From Antedon mediterranea (taxonomy: Eukaryota; Animalia; Echinodermata): a DNA stretch of 64,000 nt. Below, one piece after another: positions 1-13,700 of this stretch. Location of the stretch: contig NC_092671.1 of NCBI RefSeq assembly GCF_964355755.1, positions 21,593,317 to 21,657,316 on the forward strand, read 5' to 3'. The position numbers and the translations under genes are program-made. Numbering within the stretch: the stretch's first letter is position 1; each line of letters begins with the position of its first letter. The notes under the pieces are model-generated. The model searched no databases and was not told where the DNA came from. It worked only from the letters and a program-made list of their open reading frames with translations.

Positions 1-854
1 AGTGCTAAGAATAGCTTCCAATCGCATTTGGAGACGTTTTAGACCATTTTGTGATTTTCGAAAACAACTTGTTAACATAAAAACACCAAAGTGCTTAGAA
101 TAGCTTCAAATCGCATTTGGAGACGTTTTAGACCAATTTGTGATTTTCGAAAAAACTTGGTTACACAAAAACATCAAAGTGGATAAAATCACATTATAAA
201 CCGTTTTAGACCATTTTGAGCATTTCGATAACACATTTCACACAAAAACATCAAAGAGCACAAAATAGCTTAATATCGTATTTAAAAACGTTTTAAACCA
301 TTTTGAGCATTTCGACAAAACTTTTTCACACAAAACACCAAAGTGTACAGAATAGCTTCAAATCGCATTTGGAGACGTTTTAGACCATTTTGTGATTTTC
401 GAAAAAACTTGTTAATATAAAAACACCAAAGTACTTAGAATAGCTTCAAATCGCATTTGGAGACGTTGTAGACCATTTTGTGATTTTCGAAAAAACTTGT
501 TAACATAAAAACACCAAAGTTTACAGAATAGCTTCAAATCGCATTTGGAGACGTTTTAGACAATTTTGTGCATTTCGATGAAACTTGGTTACACAAAAAC
601 ATCAAAGTGCTTAAAATCACATTATAAACCGTTTTAGACCATTTGAGCATTTCCATAACACTTTTCACACAAAAACATCAAAGGGCACAATATAGCTTAA
701 TATCCTATTTAAAAACGTTTTAGACCATTTTGAGCATTTCGACAAAACTTTTTCACACAAAACACCAAAGTGCTTAGAATACCTTCAAATCGCATTTGGA
801 GACGTTTTAGACCATTTTGTGATTTTCGAAAAAACTTGTTAACATAAAAACACC

Positions 855-942
855 AAAGTGCTTAGAATAGCTTCAAATCGCATTTGGAGACGTTTTAGAC
901 CATTTTGTGATTTTCGAAAAAACTTGTTAACATAAAAACACC
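855..942 (+). repeat. Representative type A monomer (88 bp, consensus)
   Basis: aaagtgcttagaatagcttcaaatcgcatttggagacgttttagaccattttgtgattttcgaaaaaacttgttaacataaaaacacc; the most abundant unit. Confidence 0.97.
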
Positions 943-2852
943 AAAGTGTTTAGAAAAGCTTCAAATCGCATTTGGAGACGTTTTAGACCATTTTGTGATT
1001 TTCGAAAAAACTTGTTAACATAAAAACACCAAAGTGTTTAGAAAAGCTTCAAATCGCATTTGGAGACGTTTTAGACCATTTTGGGATTTTCGAAAAAACT
1101 TGTTAACATAAAAACACCAAAGTGCTTAGAATAGCTTCAAATCGCATTTGGAGACGTTTTAGACCATTTTGTAATTTTCAAAAAAACTTGTTAACATAAA
1201 AACACCAAAGTTCTTAGAATAGCTTCAAATCGCATTTGGAGACGTTTTAGACCATTTTGTGCATTTCGATGAAACTTGGTTACACAAAAACATCAAAGTG
1301 CTTAAAATCACATTATAAACCGTTTTAGACCATTTGAGCATTTCGATAACACTTTTCACACAAAAACATCAAAGGGCACAATATAGCTTAATATCCTATT
1401 TAAAAACGTTTTAGACCATTTTGAGCATTTCGACAAAACTTTTTCACACAAAACACCAAAGTGCTTAGAATACCTTCAAATCGCATTTGGAGACGTTTTA
1501 GACAATTTTGTGATTTTCGAAAAAACTTGTTAACATAAAAACATCAAAGTTTACAGAATAGCTTCAAATCGCATTTGGAGACGTTTTAGACAATTTTGTG
1601 ATTTTCGAAAAAACTTGTTAACATAAAAACACCAAAGTGCTTAGAATAGCTTCAAATCGCATTGGGAGACGTTTTAGACCATTTTGTGATTTTCGAAAAA
1701 ACTTGTTAACATAAAAACATCAAAGTGTACAGAATAGCTTCAAATCGCATTTGGAGACGTTTTAGACCATTTTGTGATTTTCGAAAAAACTTGTTAACAT
1801 AAAAACACCAAAGTGCTTAGAATAGCTTCAAATCGCATTTGGAGACGTTTTAAACCATTTTGTGATTTTCGAAAAAACTTGTTAACATAAAAACACCAAA
1901 ATGTTTAGAATAGCTTCAAATCGCATTTGGAGACGTTTTAGACCATTTTGTGATTTTCGAAAAAACTTGTTAACACAAAAACACCAAAGTGATTAGAATA
2001 GCTTCAAATCGCATTTGGAGACGTTTTAGACCATTTTGTGATTTTCGAAAAAACTTGTTAACATAAAAACACCAAAGTGATTAGAATAGCTTCAAATCGC
2101 ATTTGGAGACGTTTTAGACCATTTTGTGCATTTCGATGAAACTTGGTTACGCAAAAACATCAAAGTGCTTAAAATCACATTATAAACCGTTTTAGACCAT
2201 TTTGAGCATATCGATAACACTTTTTACACAAAACACCAAAGTGCTTAGAATAGCTTCAAATCGCATTTGGAGACGTTTTAGACCATTTTGTGATTTTCGA
2301 CAAAACTTTTTCACACAAAACACCAAAGTGCTTAGAATACCTTCAAATCGCATTTGGAGACGTTTTAGACCATTTTGTGATTTTCGAAAAAACTTGTTAA
2401 CATAAAAACATCAAAGTGTACAGAATAGCTTCAAATCGCATTTGGAGACGTTTTAGACCATTTTGTGATTTTCGAAAAAACTTGTTAACATAAAAACACC
2501 AAAGTGCTTAGAATAGCTTCAAATCGCATTAGGAGACGTTTTAGACCATTTTGTGATTTTCGAAAAAACTTGTTAACATAAAAACACCAAAGTGCTTAGA
2601 ATAGCTTCAAATCGCATTTGGAGACGTTTTAGACCATTTTGTGATTTTCGAAAAAACTTGTTAACATAAAAACACCAAAATGTTTAGAATAGCTTCAAAT
2701 CGCATTTGGAGACGTTTTAGACCATTTTGTGATTTTCGAAAAAACTTGTTAACACAAAAACACCAAAGTGATTAGAATAGCTTCAAATCGCATTTGGAGA
2801 CGTTTTAGACCATTTTGTGCATTTCGATGAAACTTGGTTACGCAAAAACATC

Positions 2853-2929
2853 AAAGTGCTTAAAATCACATTATAAACCGTTTTAGACCATTTTGAGCAT
2901 ATCGATAACACTTTTCACACAAAAACATC
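2853..2929 (+). repeat. Representative type B monomer (76-77 bp)
   Basis: aaagtgcttaaaatcacattataaaccgttttagaccattttgagcatatcgataacacttttcacacaaaaacatc. The shared cgttttagacc motif sits at monomer position 27 versus 37 in type A, i.e. 10 bp shorter in the 5' half. Confidence 0.95.
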
Positions 2930-3016
2930 AAAAAGCACAATATAGCTTAATATCGTATTTAAAAACGTTTTAGACCATTTTGAGCATTTCGACAAAACTT
3001 TTTCACACAAAACACC
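2930..3016 (+). repeat. Representative type C monomer (87 bp)
   Basis: aaa(g/a)agcacaatatagcttaatatcgtatttaaaaacgttttagaccattttgagcatttcgacaaaactttttcacacaaaacacc; found directly after type B monomers. Confidence 0.95.
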
Positions 3017-4734
3017 AAAGTGCTTAGAATAGCTTCAAATCGCATTTGGAGACGTTTTAGACCATTTTGTGATTTTCGAAAAAACTTGTTAACATAAAAA
3101 CATCAAAGGGCTAAGAATAGCTTCAAATCGCATTTGGAGACATTTTAGACCAATTAGTGATTTTCGAAAAAACTTGGTTACACAAAAACATCAAAGTGGT
3201 TAAAATCACATTATAAACCGTTTTAGACCATTTTGAGCATTTCGATAACACTTTTTACACAAAAACATCAAAGTGCTTAGAATAGCTTCAAATCGCATTT
3301 GGAGACGTTTTAGACCATTTTGTGATTTTTGAAAAAAACTTTTTAACATATAAACACCAAACTGCTAAGAATAGCTTCAAATCGCATATGGAGACAATTT
3401 AGACCATTTTGTGATTTTCGAAAAAACTTGTTAACATAAAAACACCAAAGTGCTTAGAATACCTTCAAATCGCATTTGGAGACATTTTAGACCATTTTGT
3501 GATTTTCGAAAAAACTTGTTAACATAAAAACATCAAAGTGCTAAGAATAGCTTCCAATCGCATTTGGAGACGTTTTAGACCATTTTGTGATTTTCGAAAA
3601 CAACTTGTTAACATAAAAACACCAAAGTGCTTAGAATAGCTTCAAATCGCATTTGGAGACGTTTTAGACCAATTTGTGATTTTCGAAAAAACTTGGTTAC
3701 ACAAAAACATCAAAGTGGATAAAATCACATTATAAACCGTTTTAGACCATTTTGAGCATATCGATAACACTTTTCACACAAAAACATCAAAGACCACAAT
3801 ATATCTTAATATCGTATTTAAAAACGTTTTAGACCATTTTGAGCATTTCGACAAAACTTTTTCACACAAAACACCAAAGTGCTTAGAATAGCTTCAAATC
3901 GCATTTGGAGACGTTTTAGACCATTTTGTGATTTTCGAAAAAACTTGTTAACATAAAAACATCAAAGTGCTAAGAATAGCTTCAAATCGAATTTGGAGAC
4001 ATTTTAGACCAATTAGTGATTTTCGAAAAAACTTGGTTACACAAAAACATCAAAGTGGTTAAAATCACATTATAAACCGTTTTAGACCATTTTGAGCATT
4101 TCGATAACACTTTTCACACAAAAACATCAAAGTGCTTAGAATAGCTTCAAATCGCATTTGGAGACGTTTTAGACCATTTTGTGATTTTCGAAAAAAACTT
4201 TTTAACATAAAAACACCAAACTGCTAAGAATAGCTTCAAATCGCATATGGAGACAATTTAGACCATTTTGTGATTTTCGAAAAAACTTGTTAACATAAAA
4301 ACACCAAAGTGCTTAGAATACCTTCAAATCGCATTTGGAGACATTTTAGACCATTTTGTGATTTTCGAAAAAACTTGTTAACATAAAAACATCAAAGTGC
4401 TAAGAATAGCTTCCAATCGCATTTGGAGACGTTTTAGACTATTTTGTGATTTTCGAAAACAACTTGTTAACATAAAAACACCAAAGTGCTTAGAATAGCT
4501 TCAAATCGCATTTGGAGACGTTTTAGACCAATTTGTGATTTTCGAAAAAACTTGGTTACACAAAAACATCAAAGTGGATAAAATCACATTATAAACCGTT
4601 TTAGACCATTTTGAGCATTTCGATAACACATTTCACACAAAAACATCAAAGAGCACAAAATAGCTTAATATCGTATTTAAAAACGTTTTAAACCATTTTG
4701 AGCATTTCGACAAAACTTTTTCACACAAAACACC
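3017..4734 (+). repeat. Two tandem copies of an 859-bp 10-monomer higher-order unit
   Basis: Unit starts at 3017 and 3876. The diagnostic variant 'gacattttagaccaatta' recurs at 859-bp spacing here and at 43032/43891 and 59065/59924 (860 at 13729/14589). Confidence 0.9.
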
Positions 4735-7700
4735 AAAGTGTACAGAATAGCTTCAAATCGCATTTGGAGACGTTTTAGACCATTTTGTGATTTTCGAAAA
4801 AACTTGTTAATATAAAAACACCAAAGTACTTAGAATAGCTTCAAATCGCATTTGGAGACGTTGTAGACCATTTTGTGATTTTCGAAAAAACTTGTTAACA
4901 TAAAAACACCAAAGTTTACAGAATAGCTTCAAATCGCATTTGGAGACGTTTTAGACAATTTTGTGCATTTCGATGAAACTTGGTTACACAAAAACATCAA
5001 AGTGCTTAAAATCACATTATAAACCGTTTTAGACCATTTGAGCATTTCCATAACACTTTTCACACAAAAACATCAAAGGGCACAATATAGCTTAATATCC
5101 TATTTAAAAACGTTTTAGACCATTTTGAGCATTTCGACAAAACTTTTTCACACAAAACACCAAAGTGCTTAGAATACCTTCAAATCGCATTTGGAGACGT
5201 TTTAGACCATTTTGTGATTTTCGAAAAAACTTAACATAAAAACATCAAAGTTTACAGAATAGCTTCAAATCGCATTTGGAGACGTTTTAAACCATTTTGT
5301 GATTTTCGAAAAAAACTTGTTAACATAAAAACACCAAAATGTTTAGAATAGCTTCAAATCGCATTTGGAGACGTTTTAGACCATTTTGTGATTTTCGAAA
5401 AAACTTGTTAACACAAAAACACCAAAGTGATTAGAATAGCTTCAAATCGCATTTGGAGACGTTTTAGACCATTTTGTGATTTTCGAAAAAACTTGTTAAC
5501 ATAAAAACACCAAAGTGATTAGAATAGCTTCAAATCGCATTTGGAGACGTTTTAGACCATTTTGTGCATTTCGATGAAACTTGGTTACGCAAAAACATCA
5601 AAGTGCTTAAAATCACATTATAAACCGTTTTAGACCATTTTGAGCATATCGATAACACTTTTTACACAAAACGCTAAAGTGCTTAGAATAGCTTCAAATC
5701 GCATTTGGAGACGTTTTAGACCATTTTGTGATTTTCGACAAAACTTTTTCACACAAAACACCAAAGTGCTTAGAATACCTTCAAATCGCATTTGGAGACG
5801 TTTTAGACCATTTTGTGCATTTCGATGAAACTTGGTTACGCAAAAACATCAAAGTGCTTAAAATCACATTATAAACCGTTTTAGACCATTTTGAGCATAT
5901 CGATAACACTTTTTACACAAAACGCTAAAGTGCTTAGAATAGCTTCAAATCGCATTTGGAGACGTTTTAGACCATTTTGTGATTTTCGACAAAACTTTTT
6001 CACACAAAACACCAAAGTGCTTAGAATACCTTCAAATCGCATTTGGAGACGTTTTAGACCATTTTGTGATTTTCGAAAAAACTTGTTAACATAAAAACAT
6101 CAAAGTGTACAGAATAGCTTCAAATCGCATTTGGAGACGTTTTAGACCATTTTGTGATTTTCGAAAAAACTTGTTAACATAAAAACACCAAAGTGCTTAG
6201 AATAGCTTCAAATCGCATTAGGAGACGTTTTAGACCATTTTGTGATTTTCGAAAAAACTTGTTAACATAAAAACACCAAAGTGCTTAGAATAGCTTCAAA
6301 TCGCATTTGGAGACGTTTTAGACCATTTTGTGATTTTCGAAAAAACTTGTTAACATAAAAACACCAAAGTTCTTAAAATAGCTTCAAATCGCATTTGGAG
6401 ACGTTTTAGACCATTTTGTGATTTTCGAAAAAACTTGTTAACATAAAAACACCAAAGTGTTTAGAAAAGCTTCAAATCGCATTTGGAGACGTTTTAGACC
6501 ATTTTGGGATTTTTGAAAAAACTTGTTAACATAAAAACACCAAAGTGCTTAGAATAGCTTCAAATCGCATTTGGAGACGTTTTAGACCATTTTGTAATTT
6601 TCAAAAAAACTTGTTAACATAAAAACACCAAAGTTCTTAGAATAGCTTCAAATCGCATTTGGAGACGTTTTAGACCATTTTGTGCATTTCGATGAAACTT
6701 GGTTACACAAAAACATCAAAGTGCTTAAAATCACATTATAAACCGTTTTAGACCATTTGAGCATTTCGATAACACTTTTCACACAAAAACATCAAAGTTC
6801 ACAATATAGCTTAATATCCTATTTAAAAACGTTTTAGACCATTTTGAGCATTTCGACAAAACTTTTTCACACAAAACACCAAAGTGCTTAGAATACCTTC
6901 AAATCGCATTTGGAGACGTTTTAGACAATTTTGTGATTTTCGAAAAAACTTGTTAACATAAAAACATCAAAGTTTACAGAATAGCTTCAAATCGCATTTG
7001 GAGACGTTTTAGACAATTTTGTGATTTTCGAAAAAACTTGTTAACATAAAAACACCAAAGTGCTTAGAATAGCTTCAAATCGCATTGGGAGACGTTTTAG
7101 ACCATTTTGTGATTTTCGAAAAAACTTGTTAACATAAAAACACCAAAGTGCTTAGAATAGCTTCAAATCGCATTTGGAGACGTTTTAGACCATTTTGTGA
7201 TTTTCGAAAAAACTTGTTAACATAAAAACACCAAAGTTCTTAAAATAGCTTCAAATCGCATTTGGAGACGTTTTAGACCATTTTGTGATTTTCGAAAAAA
7301 CTTGTTAACATAAAAACACCAAAGTGTTTAGAAAAGCTTCAAATCGCATTTGGAGACGTTTTAGACCATTTTGGGATTTTTGAAAAAACTTGTTAACATA
7401 AAAACACCAAAGTGCTTAGAATAGCTTCAAATCGCATTTGGAGACGTTTTAGACCATTTTGTAATTTTCAAAAAAACTTGTTAACATAAAAACACCAAAG
7501 TTCTTAGAATAGCTTCAAATCGCATTTGGAGACGTTTTAGACCATTTTGTGCATTTCGATGAAACTTGGTTACACAAAAACATCAAAGTGCTTAAAATCA
7601 CGTTATAAACCGTTTTAGACCATTTGAGCATTTCGATAACACTTTTCACACAAAAACATCAAAGGGCACAATATAGCTTAATATCCTATTTAAAAACGTT

Positions 7701-10700
7701 TTAGACCATTTTGAGCATTTCGACAAAACTTTTTCACACAAAACACCAAAGTGCTTAGAATACCTTCAAATCGCATTTGGAGACGTTTTAGACAATTTTG
7801 TGATTTTCGAAAAAACTTAACATAAAAACATCAAAGTTTACAGAATAGCTTCAAATCGCTTTTGGAGACGTTTTAGACAATTTTGTGATTTTCGAAAAAA
7901 CTTGTTAACATAAAAACACCAAAGTGCTTAGAATAGCTTCAAATCGCATTGGGAGACGTTTTAGACCATTTTGTGATTTTCGAAAAAACTTGTTAACATA
8001 AAAACATCAAAGTGTACAGAATAGCTTCAAATCGCATTTGGAGACGTTTTAGACCATTTTGTGATTTTCGAAAAAACTTGTTAACATAAAAACACCAAAG
8101 TGCTTAGAATAGCTTCAAATCGCATTTGGAGACGTTTTAAACCATTTTGTGATTTTCGAAAAAACTTGTTAACATAAAAACACCAAAATGTTTAGAATAG
8201 CTTCAAATCGCATTTGGAGACGTTTTAGACCATTTTGTGATTTTCGAAAAAACTTGTTAACACAAAAACACCAAAGTGATTAGAATAGCTTCAAATCGCA
8301 TTTGGAGACGTTTTAGACCATTTTGTGATTTTCGAAAAAACTTGTTAACATAAAAACACCAAAGTGATTAGAATAGCTTCAAATCGCATTTGGAGACGTT
8401 TTAGACCATTTTGTGCATTTCGATGAAACTTGGTTACGCAAAAACATCAAAGTGCTTAAAATCACATTATAAACCGTTTTAGACCATTTTGAGCATATCG
8501 ATAACACTTTTTACACAAAACACCAAAGTGCTTAGAATAGCTTCAAATCGCATTTGGAGACGTTTTAGACCATTTTGTGATTTTCGACAAAACTTTTTCA
8601 CACAAAACACCAAAGTGCTTAGAATACCTTCAAATCGCATTTGGAGACGTTTTAGACCATTTTGTGATTTTCGAAAAAACTTGTTAACATAAAAACACCA
8701 AAGTGATTAGAATAGCTTCAAATCGCATTTGGAGACGTTTTAGACCATTTTGTGCATTTCGATGAAACTTGGTTACGCAAAAACATCAAAGTAATAATCA
8801 CATTATAAACAGTTTTAGACCATTTTGAGCATATCGATAAAACTTTTTACACAAAACACCAAAGTGCTTAGAATAGCTTCAAATCGCATTTGGAGACGTT
8901 TTAGACCATTTTGTGATTTTCGACAAAACTTTTTCACACAAAACACCAAAGTGCTTAGAATACCTTCAAATCGCATTTGGAGACGTTTTAGACCATCTTG
9001 TGATTTTCGAAAAAACTTGTTAACATAAAAACATCAAAGTGTACAGATTAGCTTCAAATCGCATTTGGAGACGTTTTAGACCATTTTGTGATTTTCGAAA
9101 AAACTTGTTAACATAAAAACACCAAAGTGCTTAGAATAGCTTCAAATCGCATTAGGAGACGTTTTAGACCATTTTGTTATTTTCGAAAAAACTTGTTAAC
9201 ATAAAAACACCAAAATGTTTAGAATAGCTTCAAATCGCATTTGGAGACGTTTTAGACCATTTTGTGATTTTCGAAAAAACTTGTTAACATAAAAACACCA
9301 AAGTGCTTAGAATACCTTCAAATCGCATTTGGAGACGTTTTAGACCATTTTGTGATTTTCCAAAAAACTTGTTAACATAAAAACATCAAAGTGTACAGAA
9401 TAGCTTCAAATCGCATTTGGAGACGTTTTAGACCATTTTGTGATTTTCGAAAAAACTTGTTAACATAAAAACACCAAAGTGCTTAGAATAGCTTCAAATC
9501 GCATTAGGAGACGTTTTAGACCATTTTGTGATTTTCGAAAAAACTTGTTAACATAAAAACACCAAAGTGCTTAGAATAGCTTCAAATCGCATTTGGAGAC
9601 GTTTTAGACCATTTTGTGATTTTCGAAAAAACTTGTTAACATAAAAACACCAAAATGTTTAGAATAGCTTCAAATCACATTTGGAGACGTTTTAGACCAT
9701 TTTGTGATTTTCGAAAAAACTTGTTAACACAAAAACACCAAAGTGATTAGAATAGCTTCAAATCGCATTTGGAGACGTTTTAGACCAATTTGTGCATTTC
9801 GATGAAACTTGGTTACGCAAAAACATCAAAGTGCTTAAAATCACATTATAAACCGTTTTAGACCATTTTGAGCATATCGATAACACTTTTCACACAAAAA
9901 CATCAAAGAGCACAATATAGCTTAATATCTTATTTAAAAACGTTTTAGACCATTTTGAGCATTTCGACAAAACTTTTTCACACAAAACACCAAAGTGCTT
10001 AGAATAGCTTCAAATCGCATTTGGAGACGTTTTAGACCATTTTGTGATTTTCGAAAAAACTTTTTCACACAAAACACCAAAGTGCTTAGAATACCTTCAA
10101 ATCGCATTTGGAGACGTTTTAGACCATTTTGTGATTTTCGAAAAAACTTGTTAACATAAAAACATCAAAGTGTACAGAATAGCTTCAAATCGCATTTGGA
10201 GACGTTTTAGACCATTTTGTGATTTTCGAAAAAACTTGTTAACATAAAAACACCAAAGTGCTTAGAATAGCTTCAAATCGCATTAGGAGACGTTTTAGAC
10301 CATTTTGTGATTTTCGAAAAAACTTGTTAACACAAAAACACCAAAGTGCTTAGAATAGCTTCAAATCGCATTTGGAGACGTTTTAGACCATTTTGTGATT
10401 TTCGAAAAAACTTGTTAACATTAAAACACCAAAATGTTTAGAATAGCTTCAAATCGCATTTGGAGACGTTTTAGACCATTTTGTGATTTTCGAAAAAACT
10501 TGTTAACACAAAAACACCAAAGTGATTAGAATAGCTTCAAATCGCATTTGGAGACGTTTTAGACCTTTTTGTGCATTTCGATGAAACTTGGTTACGGAAA
10601 AACATCAAAGTGCTTAAAATCACATTATAAACCGTTTTAGACCATTTTGAGCATATCGATAACACTTTTCACACAAAAACATCAAAGAGCACAATATAGC

Positions 10701-13700
10701 TTAATATCGTATTTAAAAACGTTTTAGACCATTTTGAGCATTTCGACAAAACTTTTTCACACAAAACACCAAAGTGCTTAGAATAGCTTCAAATCGCATT
10801 TGGAGACGTTTTAGACCATTTTGTGATTTTCGAAAAAACTTGTTAACATAAAAACATCAAAGGGCTAAGAATAGCTTCAAATCGCATTTGGAGACATTTT
10901 AGACCAATTAGTGATTTTCGAAAAAACTTGGTTACACAAAAACATCAAAGTGGTTAAAATCACATTATAAACCGTTTTAGACCATTTTGAGCATTTCGAT
11001 AACACTTTTTACACAAAAACATCAAAGTGCTTAGAATAGCTTCAAATCGCATTTGGAGACGTTTTAGACCATTTTGTGATTTTCGAAAAAAACTTTTTAA
11101 CATAAAAACACCAAACTGCTAAGAATAGCTTCAAATCGCATATGGAGACAATTTAGACCATTTTGTGATTTTCGAAAAAACTTGTTAACATAAAAACACC
11201 AAAGTGCTTAGAATACCTTCAAATCGCATTTGGAGACGTTTTAGACCATTTTGTGATTTTCCAAAAAACTTGTTAACATAAAAACATCAAAGTGTACAGA
11301 ATAGCTTCAAATCGCATTTGGAGACGTTTTAGACCATTTTGTGATTTTCGAAAACAACTTGTTAACATAAAAACACCAAAGTGCTTAGAATAGCTTCAAA
11401 TCGCATTTGGAGACGTTTTAGACCAATTTGTGATTTTCGAAAAAACTTGGTTACACAAAAACATCAAAGTGGATAAAATCACATTATAAACCGTTTTAGA
11501 CCATTTTGAGCATTTCGATAACACATTTCACACAAAAACATCAAAGAGCACAAAATAGCTTAATATCGTATTTAAAAACGTTTTAAACCATTTTGAGCAT
11601 TTCGACAAAACTTTTTCACACAAAACACCAAAGTGTACAGAATAGCTTCAAATCGCATTTGGAGACGTTTTAGACCATTTTGTGATTTTCGAAAAAACTT
11701 GTTAATATAAAAACACCAAAGTACTTAGAATAGCTTCAAATCGCATTTGGAGACGTTGTAGACCATTTTGTGATTTTCGAAAAAACTTGTTAACATAAAA
11801 ACACCAAAGTTTACAGAATAGCTTCAAATCGCATTTGGAGACGTTTTAGACAATTTTGTGCATTTCGATGAAACTTGGTTACACAAAAACATCAAAGTGC
11901 TTAAAATCACATTATAAACCGTTTTAGACCATTTGAGCATTTCCATAACACTTTTCACACAAAAACATCAAAGGGCACAATATAGCTTAATATCCTATTT
12001 AAAAACGTTTTAGACCATTTTGAGCATTTCGACAAAACTTTTTCACACAAAACACCAAAGTGCTTAGAATACCTTCAAATCGCATTTGGAGACGTTTTAG
12101 ACCATTTTGTGATTTTCGAAAAAACTTGTTAACATAAAAACACCAAAGTGCTAAGAATAGCTTCAAATCGCATTTGGAGACATTTTAGACCAATTTGTGA
12201 TTTTCGAAAAAACTTGGTTACACAAAAACATCAAAGTGCTTAAAATCACATTATAAAACCGTTTTAGACCATTTTGAGCATTTCGATAACACTTTTCACA
12301 CCAAAACATCAAAGAGCATAAAATAGGTTAATATCGTATTTAAAAACGTTTTAGACCATTTTGAGCATTTCGACAAAACTTTTTCACACAAAACACCAAA
12401 GTGTACAGAATAGCTTAATATCGTATTTAAAAACGTTTTAGACCATTTTGTGATTTTCGAAAAAACTTGTTAACATAAAAACACCAAAATGTTTAGAATA
12501 GCTTCAAATTGCATTTGGAGACGTTTTAGACCATTTTGTGATTTTCGAAAAAACTTGTTAACACAAAAACACCAAAGTGATTAGAATAGCTTCAAATCGC
12601 ATTTGGAGACGTTTTAGACCATTTTGTGATTTTCGAAAAAACTTGTTAACATAAAAACACCAAAGTGATTAGAATAGCTTCAAATCGCATTTGGAGACGT
12701 TTTAGACCATTTTGTGCATTTCGATGAAACTTGGTTACGCAAAAACATCAATGTGCTTAAAATCACATTATAAACCGTTTTAGACCATTTTGAGCATATC
12801 CATAAAACTTTTTACACAAAACACCAAAGTGCTTAGAATAGCTTCAAATCGCATTTGGAGACGTTTTAGACCATTTTGTGATTTTCGACAAAACTTTTTC
12901 ACACAAAACACCAAAGTGCTTAGAATACCTTCAAATCGCATTTGGAGACGTTTTAGACCATTTTGTGATTTTCTAAAAAACTTGTTAACATAAAAACATC
13001 AAAGTGTACAGAATAGCTTCAAATCGCATTTGGAGACGTTTTAGACCATTTTGTGATTTTCGAAAAAACTTGTTAACATAAAAACACCAAAGTGCTTAGA
13101 ATAGCTTCAAATCGCATTAGGAGACGTTTTAGACCATTTTGTGATTTTCGAAAAAACTTGTTAACATAAAAACACCAAAGTGCTTAGAATAGCTTCAAAT
13201 CGCATTTGGAGACGTTTTAGACCATTTTGTGATTTTCGAAAAAACTTGTTAACATAAAAACACCAAAATGTTTAGAATAGCTTCAAATCGCATTTGGAGA
13301 CGTTTTAGACCATTTTGTGATTTTCGAAAAAACTTGTTAACACAAAAACACCAAAGTGATTAGAATAGCTTCAAATCGCATTTGGAGACGTTTTAGACCA
13401 TTTTGTGCATTTCGATGAAACTTGGTTACGCAAAAACATCAAAGTGCTTAAAATCACATTATAAACCGTTTTAGACCATTTTGAGCATATCGATAACACT
13501 TTTCACACAAAAACATCAAAGAGCACAATATAGCTTAATATCGTATTTAAAAACGTTTTAGACCATTTTGAGCATTTCGACAAAACTTTTTCACACAAAA
13601 CACCAAAGTGCTTAGAATAGCTTCAAATCACATTTGGAGACGTTTTAGACCATTTTGTGATTTTCGAAAAAACTTGTTAACATAAAAACATCAAAGTGCT

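Noticed and set aside
573-589. CENP-B-box-like motif tttcgatgaaacttggt
   Set aside because: It matches 7 of the 9 core positions of NTTCGNNNNANNCGGGN but lacks the second CpG needed for binding. Such partial matches are easy to obtain and the host is probably not a mammal.
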